A DNA stretch of 64,000 nt, from assembly GCA_963664705.1 (NCBI GenBank), contig OY761556.1, forward strand, positions 6,272,001-6,336,000, read 5' to 3'. The DNA comes from Acidobacteriota bacterium (lineage in GTDB: Bacteria; Acidobacteriota; UBA6911). How positions within the stretch are numbered: position 1 is the first letter of the stretch; every line of letters begins with the position of its first letter. Below are positions 11,301-19,730 of this stretch, one piece after another. The position numbers and the translations under genes are program-made. The notes under the pieces were generated by a model. That model was not told where the DNA came from and ran no database searches. It saw nothing but the letters and a program-made list of their open reading frames with translations.

Positions 11301-11451
11301 TGCCGGGATGATTCCACTGTCACTCGCAATCGGCGCGGGATCGCAGATGCTTCAGCCTCTGGCCATCGCCGTAATAGGAGGGATTACGGCTTCCATGTTG
11401 CTCTCGCTAATTGTGACCCCGGCAGTGAACTATTACAGCACTCGTCATTGA
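8377..11451 (+). CDS. RND permease (AcrB/CusA family)
   Basis: 1024 aa; VGLVIDDAIVVVEN, KNGILL, RLRPIMMT. Confidence 0.93.
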   Translation: MPTEHWSARHSKPIIFLILTCVGVGIYLAFSIPIAVFPSTDFPRIIVGVDNGVAPIDQMLVTVTRPIEEALNTVPGLERIRSLTSRGTAEVNLFFDWNVDMFQTLNLVNAAVAEARSSLPSTAKVAANRLTFAAFPIMGYSLTSKTVPQTELWERATYDLRPRLNRLSGVSTVVVQGGQEPEFEIKPDPAKLVQATVTIPSLLEAVRRSNMIDSPGMMESTHELVLGLVSGQARNATEISDIVVKTTPAGIPIRIGDIATVQASYKPVYTIVTANAQPAVLLNVYRQPQGNTVRIADEVHKEIDQIRKTLPRGIALESWYDQSEIVQDSIKSVRDAILIGLILASLIMVLFLRDWGTSLVAGLVIPATVALTFIALRAVGESFNLMTLGGLAAAVGLVIDDAIVVVENIIMHRDSGQSRGEAVRSALSEITTPLVGSTLTPIVVFLPLVSITGVTGVFFRSLALTVGMALLTSLALALSWTPTLSHFLIRDRRATEPSGAPVLRGHGVRSGFMTQLAGIYGKTLRVTLRHPIVTALMCVLLIVASFVCYRALGSDLLPSMDEGGFILDYLMPAGSSLAETNRVLSQIEVMLKNIPEVESTSRRTGLQLGLAAVTEANTGDFAVRLKKDRNRGVDEIETELREKIGRQFPMLQVEFVQLLQDMIGDLTSAPEPIEIRLFSQDQVLLREWAPKVAEEIRKTDGIVDILNGIDNTISGPATLFQVDPTVATRAGFSPEEIELDASAIMQGEPAPTPVVVNERAYTIRVRFPESTRSSLQSMLNTVLGSSTGQKATLGSLSRVVKIPGQTEIRRDNLQPDVAVTARLEGVDLGSAITAVRSAIAKLHLPPAIRVEYGGAYEEQQHSFRDLVVVLIFAVVLVFIVLLFEFGDFAAPLAILSSALLSTSGVFVALLVTGKTFNISSFMGLIMVIGIVAKNGILLLDADKKFRKEGMSAEEAMIAAGERRLRPIMMTALATIAGMIPLSLAIGAGSQMLQPLAIAVIGGITASMLLSLIVTPAVNYYSTRH

Positions 11452-11628
11452 CCGGACTTATTGTCGAAGGTTTGAGGTGGACTACACGATCCCCTTCGGC
11501 ATTATCTTTTCGATCCTGTTCGCCGGCCCCGGAGAACAGGGTGTACAGCGCGTTCGCTTGATCTTCGCTGACGGGCGTGAGCACCCGGAGTAGGTGCACT
11601 GGACTGTCCGGTGGTTGAATCAAAAATC

Positions 11629-12002
11629 TTCTTTCGCCCCCTGCCGGGGCTCTTTTTCGCGCTTATCTCCACCAGGGGTTCGCTGCGCTCACCCCTGGCT
11701 ATTCCCTGCCGGGCCTCCGGCCCTTATAAATCGGAGCCAAGCAAACGCGCAAGCTCGCGGCATAATTCGAAATATGTGGTTACTGACTGGGTCAAGTAGT
11801 CAGCGCGGAGCGCCGGCTTGCGGCGTAATTTGAAACATATGGTTGCTGATTCGGTAAAATCAGCGCCGGAGGCGCGCCGGCCAGTAGCCAGGGGTGAGCG
11901 CAGCGAACCCCTGGAAAAAGATCCGGAATGATGGAGCCCCGGGCAGGGGCGAAAGAATGGTTCCTCAACACAAGAGCCGTTGGCGGTGCCTTCAGGGAAC
12001 CC
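11629..12002. repeat. REP/BIME-like composite element, copy B
   Basis: Same architecture and orientation as 1300-1671; both end in GGTGCCTTCAGGGAACCC. Confidence 0.85.
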
Positions 12003-12074
12003 TTCATCTTGAACTTCTTTACCCTGAGTGATTCAGTGCCTTTTACTGCGAAAACCATCTCCTGCCTATTCAGA

Positions 12075-15000
12075 TTATAGTTCCGCTTCTGCCCGCTCCT
12101 TTGGCTCAAAGAAGCCATAGAGCGACGGCAGCACCACGAGTGTCAGGAATGTAGATGTCAGCAGCCCGCCCACCACCACCGTGGCAAGCGGCCGTTGTAC
12201 CTCTGACCCGGGACCGGTCGCATAAAGCATCGGGATCAGGCTGAAAATTGCGATGGAAGCCGTCATCAGCACCGGTCGTAGCCTGTCCTGGCTTCCTCTG
12301 ACAACAGCCTCCCGGATCGGCATCCCTTCCTGACGGAGCTGCGCGATGTGCGAGACAAGCACCACTCCGTTCAGAACCGCAACCCCGAACAGCACGATAA
12401 ATCCGACCGAAGCCGGCACGGACAAATATAGTCCCGAGAGGTACAGCGCAAACACGCCGCCTATGAGCGCAAACGGCAGGTTGAAGATTACCAGCATTGC
12501 CAGCTTTATCGATCGGAAGGTCACGAAAAGGAGAAGCAATATCAGGGCTACCGCGATGGGTCCGACAATCATCAGCCGGGCCATTGCGCGCTGCTGGTTT
12601 TCAAACTGTCCGCCCCAGGTCGTGAAATATCCCGACGGCAGAGATACATGATTTTTGATGGCTTCCCTGGCTTCCGCCACATACGTTCCGATGTCCCTGT
12701 CGCGAATATTGATTTCGACGCCGATGCGCCGCAGCCCGTTCTCTCTGCTGACCTGCACCGGACCTTGAATCACTCTGATATCCGCCAACTGACTCAAGGG
12801 CATGTTGTACCCGTCGCGAGTCGGAACCAGCGTGTTGCCTATGGTTGCCGCAGAGTTCCTGTATTCGCCGGGATAGCGGACGACTACTTCGAAGGCCCGA
12901 TTCTCTTCATACAGCCTGGTAGCGGATTTGCCGCCGACCGACATCTCGATTATGTGCAGCACATCGCGCACATTCACGCCATGGCGCGCGATTTTAAGCC
13001 GGTCGATATTGATGGCAAGGTAAGGCTGACCATCGATGCGTTCCACCACAAGATCCGCCGTGCCTCTGATTTTTCCCAGCACGGCGCCAATCTGTTCCGC
13101 TTTGGTTTTGAGAACCTCCATGTCGTCGCCAAACAGCTTCACGATCAGCTGCGCTCGAGTTCCGGCCACGAGTTCGTCTATGCGGCATTGTATGGGCTGA
13201 CTGAAGCTGAATGCCATGCCCGGAATATCGGAGAGCGCTACCCTCATTTTTTCCGTCATCTCATCCCGGTCCTTCGCCGTTTTCCACTCGGCGCGCGGCT
13301 TGAAGATTCCGGTAAAGCCGGTTTTATCGACGCCCCTGGCCTCGAGAGCGATACCTGTCTGCCCGGTCCTTGAAATGACAGTGGTCAGCTCGGGGAATTG
13401 TTGAAGTTTTTTCTCGACCAGGCCGGTGATATCGAGAGCTTTGGACAGTGAAATTCCCGGCAGGAGCTGCACATCCATATCGAATGCGCCTTCATCCATG
13501 ATCGGGATGAACTCCGTTCCGAGGCGCTTCACCACGAAGATGGAAGCGATCAATGCGAGACAGGCAATCGAGATTACGAATGCCTTCCTCTTCAGTGCCC
13601 AGGCAAGAAGTGGGCTGTACACAGCTCTAGCCGCGCGCATAATGGGGCTCTCCTTTTCCGGCCCCGGTCTCAGCACCATCCCGCACAGCACAGGAATGAC
13701 AAAAATAGACAACAGCAGTGAGGCCAGGAGCGCAATCGCCACTGTGAGCGCCAGCGGCCCGAACATCTTTCCTTCGAGCCCCTGAAGGGAAAGGATGGGA
13801 AGGAAAGTAGTGGCAATGATCAGCTCGCCGAAAATGCTTGGTTTCCGGACTTCCAGCACGGCTTTCAGCACGGTCGAGAGTTTGTGTGCGCTGCCGCCCT
13901 GTTCGCTGAGATGACGCTGCACATTCTCGACCTGGATAATTGTTGCATCGATAATCATGCCGATCGAAATTGCCAGGCCGCCCAGTGACATCAGGTTGGC
14001 GTCCAGACCGATCTGTTTCATGACAATGAATGTGAGAAACAGCGAAAGAGGCAGCGCGAGAATTACAACGATGGCTCCGCGCACACTTCGGAGCATTAGA
14101 TAAAGAATGATTATGACCAGGATCGAGCCTTCCAGTAACGCTCTCGTTACGGTCCCAACGCTGCTGGAGACGATTCCCGATCGGTCGTAATAGGGAACAA
14201 TTTTGGTGCCGGAAGGAAGGATGTTGTTTTCGTTGATCTCCTTCACCTTGTCTTTTATACGTTCGACTACTTCCCGGCCGTTCTCGCCTTTGAGCATCAT
14301 CACGATGCCGCCTACCGCTTCGCCTTTCCCATTCAGAAGAGCCGCTCCTTGCCTGACGGCTTCCCCGACCTGAACATTGGCAACATCCCGAACGCAGACA
14401 GGGGTTCCTTCCCGGGCGGTAAGGACGATATTCCGGAGATCATCTTCCGACTTTAAAAGGCCGATGCCGCGCACGATGTATTGCTCGTCGAACCGGTCGA
14501 GAACGTTTCCTCCGGCATTCTCGTTGTTCTGCTCGATCGCGCGATACACGTCATCGAGCGAGAGGCTATAGGCAATCAGCTTTTCCGGATTGACCAGGAC
14601 CTGGTACTGCTTGAAATACCCGCCAAAGGAATTAATTTCATTGACGCCTGCGACGCTCTTCAAGAGCGGCGTCACTGTCCACTCCTGGAGTGTGCGCAGA
14701 TCTGTCAGGTACTTGGTTCTTTGCCCCGGGTCTGACGGCTCTTTTCCTTCAAGTGTGTATTGATAGATTTCGCCCATGGCGGTTGCGATCGGTCCCATGC
14801 TGATCGACACCGATTCGGGCACATTCCCCTTGGCCTCTTCAAGCCGCTGAAACACCAGTTGACGAGCAAAGTAGATATCGACCTTGTCCTTGAAAACGAT
14901 CGTTACAACCGATAGCCCGAATTTGGTGACAGACCTCATTTGAACCACATCGGGCAGCCCTCTCATGGCGTTTTCAATGGGATAGGTGACAAAGCGCTCT

Positions 15001-15182
15001 ATCTCCAGGGCCGATAATCCCGGTGCCGTGCTCAGGATCTCAACCTGAACATTTGTCACATCCGGGAAGGCGTCGATGGGAAGGTTCATGCAGGAGTAAA
15101 CACCGAAAGCTACAAGAACCAGCAATCCCAGGATGACGAAATTCCTGTATTTCAGCGTCCAGGCAATAATCGCTTCAAGCAT
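12075..15182 (-). CDS. czcA: CusA/CzcA-family heavy-metal RND permease
   Basis: LPIDAFPDVTNVQV, NLMSLGGLAI, RLRPVLMTA, GSEVQRPLATVV. Confidence 0.88.
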   Translation of the reverse strand: MLEAIIAWTLKYRNFVILGLLVLVAFGVYSCMNLPIDAFPDVTNVQVEILSTAPGLSALEIERFVTYPIENAMRGLPDVVQMRSVTKFGLSVVTIVFKDKVDIYFARQLVFQRLEEAKGNVPESVSISMGPIATAMGEIYQYTLEGKEPSDPGQRTKYLTDLRTLQEWTVTPLLKSVAGVNEINSFGGYFKQYQVLVNPEKLIAYSLSLDDVYRAIEQNNENAGGNVLDRFDEQYIVRGIGLLKSEDDLRNIVLTAREGTPVCVRDVANVQVGEAVRQGAALLNGKGEAVGGIVMMLKGENGREVVERIKDKVKEINENNILPSGTKIVPYYDRSGIVSSSVGTVTRALLEGSILVIIILYLMLRSVRGAIVVILALPLSLFLTFIVMKQIGLDANLMSLGGLAISIGMIIDATIIQVENVQRHLSEQGGSAHKLSTVLKAVLEVRKPSIFGELIIATTFLPILSLQGLEGKMFGPLALTVAIALLASLLLSIFVIPVLCGMVLRPGPEKESPIMRAARAVYSPLLAWALKRKAFVISIACLALIASIFVVKRLGTEFIPIMDEGAFDMDVQLLPGISLSKALDITGLVEKKLQQFPELTTVISRTGQTGIALEARGVDKTGFTGIFKPRAEWKTAKDRDEMTEKMRVALSDIPGMAFSFSQPIQCRIDELVAGTRAQLIVKLFGDDMEVLKTKAEQIGAVLGKIRGTADLVVERIDGQPYLAINIDRLKIARHGVNVRDVLHIIEMSVGGKSATRLYEENRAFEVVVRYPGEYRNSAATIGNTLVPTRDGYNMPLSQLADIRVIQGPVQVSRENGLRRIGVEINIRDRDIGTYVAEAREAIKNHVSLPSGYFTTWGGQFENQQRAMARLMIVGPIAVALILLLLFVTFRSIKLAMLVIFNLPFALIGGVFALYLSGLYLSVPASVGFIVLFGVAVLNGVVLVSHIAQLRQEGMPIREAVVRGSQDRLRPVLMTASIAIFSLIPMLYATGPGSEVQRPLATVVVGGLLTSTFLTLVVLPSLYGFFEPKERAEAEL

Positions 15183-15205
15183 CTCTCATTCCTCGCTCTT
15201 GATCA

Positions 15206-16480
15206 CTATTCATTCTCGCCGATAAGATCTCGGAGAAACGCGGTCTTGACCACAAAACTTCCCTGGGTCGCGACCGGATCCCCGGCTTTAAGCCCGGACC
15301 GGATTTCCGTATATCCTCCACTCGCCAGCCCCGTCTGAACCTCTTGTTTTCTAAACTCCTTCTCGGAATTCCGGATGAACACGACCGGCTTCCCGTCAAT
15401 CTGCTGAATAGCGGAATCGGGCACAGCCAGGACGGAATTGCCTCGATCAACGGGGATTTCAACCGTGGCGAACATCTCCAGCTTCAGCATGCCACTGCTG
15501 TTCTCGACGAGGCACCGCACCTTGGCAGTGCGAGTCTTCGGTTCGATGATATCGGCGACATAGGTGATTTTGCCCGGAAACACTTTCCCGGGGTACGACG
15601 CCACGCGCACCTGGACGGCCTTGCCGGTTTGGACATGCGCGAGGTCTTTTTCGAAAACATCCGCCAGCACCCAGAGCGAGGACATATCGGTGATGGCCAG
15701 GAGCTCGGTAGATGGCTCGACAACTTCACCTACTGAAGCGTGGTAGTTTGTGACGATTCCGGAGGATGGTGCCTTTAGGACGCTATGCGAAATACTGTGG
15801 CCTGAACCTTGTTTTGCCGCAAGATTGGCCAGGTCGTAATCGGTCCATCCGAAACGATGTATTTGTTCCACTATTTTGGCGACGGTGGCCCGGGTGCCGG
15901 CCGCTTTGGCTTCCGCATCCTTGTATTCGGCTTCGCGGAGGTCATAGGCTGTGCGGGCTATTGCGCCTACCTTCAGCATTTCCTTGCCCCGGTCAAGGAT
16001 GGTCTTCTTTATTTCGAGATCCGTCAGGCTCCTCTGCAGCTCGGCCTGGGCCGTTTGATACTCGCCAATCGCCAGCCCCAGTTCAATATTGTCGTATTCG
16101 ACGAGCGGATCTCCTTTGGAAACGCGGTCTCCCAAATGAACATAAGATGTCTCGATCAGACCTCGGGCCAGCGGGCGAATGTGCGCGACCCTTAGCGGAT
16201 CCTCGCTGACGGTGCCGGTCGCGGAAAGCGTATCGCGAAGATTGTGAAGCCCGGCTGTTTCCACCGCGATCCCGACCTCCTTTTGGGACTCAGGCGTTAT
16301 CTGCACCGTGTCCGGGGACGCCTCTGAAGGTTTTTCCGATTTGACGGGGGCGCCGGCTGCCGGAGGCGTTGAATTCGTGCCTCTCGGAAAGAAAAAGACG
16401 CCAATAGCGAGACCTGCCATCAGCGCCACGAACGCAATTCCGGCAATTGTCCAATTCTGCTTCTTTGTGCCTGGTTCCAT
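15206..16480 (-). CDS. czcB: CzcB/CusB-family periplasmic adaptor
   Basis: N-terminal TM, LWVLADVFEKDL, KTRTAKVR, VPDSAIQ. Confidence 0.82.
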   Translation of the reverse strand: MEPGTKKQNWTIAGIAFVALMAGLAIGVFFFPRGTNSTPPAAGAPVKSEKPSEASPDTVQITPESQKEVGIAVETAGLHNLRDTLSATGTVSEDPLRVAHIRPLARGLIETSYVHLGDRVSKGDPLVEYDNIELGLAIGEYQTAQAELQRSLTDLEIKKTILDRGKEMLKVGAIARTAYDLREAEYKDAEAKAAGTRATVAKIVEQIHRFGWTDYDLANLAAKQGSGHSISHSVLKAPSSGIVTNYHASVGEVVEPSTELLAITDMSSLWVLADVFEKDLAHVQTGKAVQVRVASYPGKVFPGKITYVADIIEPKTRTAKVRCLVENSSGMLKLEMFATVEIPVDRGNSVLAVPDSAIQQIDGKPVVFIRNSEKEFRKQEVQTGLASGGYTEIRSGLKAGDPVATQGSFVVKTAFLRDLIGENE

Positions 16481-17809
16481 TTATTGGTCTCCTAACGCAA
16501 TCGAACTTGATAATTCGTAGAGGCTGATGCGTTCATCAAAGAGTGCCTGGTTGTAAATGCGCAGCGCGTCGCGATAGGTTCTTTGCGCGTCGAGAAAATC
16601 GATGAGAGTCGCTCCACCGAGGTTATAGGATTGCTGGGTGACCTGGCTGGCTTCCTCGGCTCTCTTGAGTTGTTGCGTTCGGATGTATTCGACCCGCTGC
16701 CGATTTACTTCAACGGCATTGTGAGCCTTCTGGACATCGAGCTGAACGTCCTTCTGCACCGCGGACACGAGATACCCGGCGCGCGCTTTCTCCGCGTCCG
16801 CCCGCATGATTTCGCCCTCGTTGCGATTGAAGATTTTCAGCGGGACCGTAACGCCAAAAACGATGGCATTGTCGGTAAGGTTCCTTTTGTAGCCTCCTCC
16901 CACCGTAATATTGGGCGACCGGAGCGCCCGCTGCAGCCTGGTTTCCGTATCCGCGCGTTTTTGTTCCTCAACCCGCGCGGCGATATCCGGTCTCTGTTTC
17001 AGCGCCATCTGAACCAATTCACCCAGAGGCGCTCGCGGCGGCAAACCCGGTTCGAGATTCTGATGATCCACCGGCAGTGCGCCGGTGACTTCAATATCCC
17101 GCGAAAGATCGGGTGCATTCAGCAGGGCAAGCAATGAGCTTTTGGCATTGCGCAATGCCAGGTCGGCCTGAAAAACATCGTCCTGGAACTTCAGTTTTTC
17201 CACCTCGATTCGATTCAAATCGAGGGCCGAGATATCTCCTTCTCTGTAGCGCACGCGGTTTAGCGAGATTGTGCGGTCCACCTGGTCCAGGATCAGTTTC
17301 GCTGCCTCAAGATTGGACTTTGCCAGGATGGTCTGGAAGAAGGCTTGCTCGACCTGAAACCGCATTAGGCGCCGCTGATCCTGGTACGCGAGTTTTTGGG
17401 CCTCCACTGTGCGGCTCGCGGCTTCCGTGCGCAATTGTCGCCGTCCTCCCCTCTCAATTTCGTAGTCAACTCGGGAGGTGATTTCCTGGACATCAAAAAA
17501 TGGACCCGGGTGTGTGCTGAGAGGATAATCTTCGAATTGAAGGCTGAATGCCGGGTTGAGCCGCTTGCCCGCGGCAACTTTATCCCCTTCGGCAGCCTGG
17601 ATTTCGTTCTTTGCCGCTGCCAGGATTGGATTGCGGTCGATTGCCAGGCGAACGGCATTCTCCAGCGTCAAGGCGGATGGAATATCCGGCGCCTGTCCTT
17701 GTGCCTGTATGCGTGCCGCGCCTACGACAATAAAAAAGCAAAGGAATGCTCGCGCCCGCGAGCCGAGGACTGGCATATGCAACTCTCCAAAATAGTGGTT
17801 GTGTTCCAT
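16481..17809 (-). CDS. czcC: CzcC-like outer membrane efflux protein
   Basis: OEP repeats, PLKIFNRNEG, LIDFLDAQRT. Confidence 0.8.
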   Translation of the reverse strand: MEHNHYFGELHMPVLGSRARAFLCFFIVVGAARIQAQGQAPDIPSALTLENAVRLAIDRNPILAAAKNEIQAAEGDKVAAGKRLNPAFSLQFEDYPLSTHPGPFFDVQEITSRVDYEIERGGRRQLRTEAASRTVEAQKLAYQDQRRLMRFQVEQAFFQTILAKSNLEAAKLILDQVDRTISLNRVRYREGDISALDLNRIEVEKLKFQDDVFQADLALRNAKSSLLALLNAPDLSRDIEVTGALPVDHQNLEPGLPPRAPLGELVQMALKQRPDIAARVEEQKRADTETRLQRALRSPNITVGGGYKRNLTDNAIVFGVTVPLKIFNRNEGEIMRADAEKARAGYLVSAVQKDVQLDVQKAHNAVEVNRQRVEYIRTQQLKRAEEASQVTQQSYNLGGATLIDFLDAQRTYRDALRIYNQALFDERISLYELSSSIALGDQ

Positions 17810-17889
17810 GATGTTTAATCAAAAGGTAATTGCTCCAGCTTAGCCGGAGCCAGGCTAGACTGTTTGGGAATCGGAATTAGAAGGGCGAA

Positions 17890-18321
17890 TTAGCAACGGA
17901 GAGGGACAGAGGCAGAAGCAGGGATTGGCGAATCGGTCCTCCCGGGCACTCCCGATCGGCAGGGCGAAGAGGAGTCTTTAGCAGGCAGGCATGTGGCAAG
18001 GCATTCCGCATCGACCTGGCCGGATGTCACGAATTTTGCCAATTGCGGGAGCGCACCACTTTCATTCGCGCCGAGCAATAGATCGGTACAATTGTTGCAG
18101 CCGTCCGATTTGTAGTATTCGCCACCCTGGGAATTGCCGGGTTGGGCGGGCATTACGGAAGTAAGGCAGCACGGGGCATTGATATCTTCTATCGCAACAT
18201 GGTTCCCGGGCGCGATACAAAGCACTGAGGGTGAGCTTGGAAACAGCAGCAACGCAATGATCAAGAGACTCAATGCACAGCTCGCGTTCTTGCCGGTCAA
18301 TCCTCTGAACCCTTGTTTCAT
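17890..18321 (-). CDS. Cys-rich exported/membrane hypothetical protein upstream of czcC
   Basis: Hydrophobic N-terminus; VLCxxxGxHVAIE, CC, CxxCxD, C-terminal LRC. Confidence 0.6.
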   Translation of the reverse strand: MKQGFRGLTGKNASCALSLLIIALLLFPSSPSVLCIAPGNHVAIEDINAPCCLTSVMPAQPGNSQGGEYYKSDGCNNCTDLLLGANESGALPQLAKFVTSGQVDAECLATCLPAKDSSSPCRSGVPGRTDSPIPASASVPLRC

Positions 18322-18645
18322 GCCCTGTTCCTTACCATAACATCGTACGGGATGCCGTCCTCCACTGCAAAGGGAAAATCCTCCGCAGTTTTTGCTCGCA
18401 ACGGCTGCGGAGATAAATGGGCTGTTCTCCGCAACAATCTTTTCCTGTGTCTCACTCCCAAGGAAAGGGCTTATTTAGAAATGGCTGTATATTGCTTCCA
18501 CGAAGAATTATTGGACGAATCACATATGAACACGCCAATTAGAGTGCTAGCCCGATAGGGACTACTTGACATTAATCTGCATCGCATAGGACCGTTGATT
18601 ATCAGACTTTCCTATTCTAACGGATAATCCAAGGAGGTACGTGCC

Positions 18646-19062
18646 ATGAAAAAGGTTCTACTGGTCCTATGGGTTTTGATGTTCATGAGCATTGCGTTTG
18701 GGCAGGAAATAAAAAAAGGGACTTTGGTTGGAGTTCACATCTTTAGTGATGTCAAACTGGCTCCTGGCGTTACGATGGAGCAGTTCGTCGGCGCCTATAA
18801 CAAACTCATCCCAGTCTGGGAGAAGGCGCTTGGTAACTGGAAGTTCTATCCGATAAAACGCCTTCGCGGCGACAAAGCTCCCACGTATGGGATAATGATA
18901 GTCGTTCCTTCGGAGAAGGAACGGAACAAATATTACAACGCGGATGGAAGTGACAGTGATCTGAGGAAGGCGGTCACTAAGAGTACCGAACAGGCTGATA
19001 AGGAATTAGCCAAGCTGGGAACCATTCCCAGGGACAGTTATATCGATTGGTTGGTCTATTAG
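18646..19062 (+). CDS. Secreted hypothetical protein
   Basis: AAGGAGG RBS, signal peptide, 138 aa. Confidence 0.75.
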   Translation: MKKVLLVLWVLMFMSIAFGQEIKKGTLVGVHIFSDVKLAPGVTMEQFVGAYNKLIPVWEKALGNWKFYPIKRLRGDKAPTYGIMIVVPSEKERNKYYNADGSDSDLRKAVTKSTEQADKELAKLGTIPRDSYIDWLVY

Positions 19063-19367
19063 TGTGAGTTGACAGCCTGCAGTGCTTGGTTTGCTCGTAG
19101 GTCCCAGCGATTCTGCCCATAATAGAACCCTGGGAAAGGTCTCCTTGCTACATCGGACGGGCTAGGAAAGAACTCTTTACTGATAGCAAATGGAAGTAAA
19201 GCATTCTTTCCTGGCGATTCCTGCCTCGGTTCCGTTCTCCAAAACAAAATGACTAAAGGCATCACGAGGCATATCGTTGAAGCCCGGGCATAAAATATGT
19301 TTGACAAAAACTTCCGCTGTTAACACAATTTATTTAATGTTGAATTAGCTGCTATTCAATAGACGTT

Positions 19368-19423
19368 CCGGGTCCTGAAGGATATTCCTCAGGAGGCATT
19401 TGCGGTTGGTCGGGCCGCCATCC
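19368..19423 (+). ncRNA. nhaA-I-like (Li+/Na+-sensing class) riboswitch candidate, copy 1
   Basis: CCGGGTCCTG-hairpin-CAGGAGG...GGTTGGTCGGGCCGCCATCC; second covarying copy at 22063-22118; match to the motif consensus is from memory. Confidence 0.6.
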
Positions 19424-19730
19424 GAAGAATCATTCATTGCTTAGGGAATCGGTTATTTCATTGAATGACGATTCTGGTATTACCAAAATGATTTCTACGG
19501 ATGGTTTTCATCTCGGATATGACAGGCACTGCAGATTTGTTAAGCGATTCCCCTCGCGCGTCCATTTCTGCATATGCTTTCAATCTCAATGCTGGCTGTG
19601 AGATCACCCTCCCCCATCTGGTCAGAAATCTGAGCCTTCCATTTAAGCCTGTTTATGTACCGTCTGAATTGTCGATTTTCGAGGCAAATCAACCCGTGCC
19701 GTTGCATTGATTGTCTATTCGGAGTTGACG

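Noticed and set aside
11384-11623. Possible gene fragment between the RND stop and REP copy B
   Set aside because: No RBS or recognisable motif; overlaps the RND 3' end; cannot be supported
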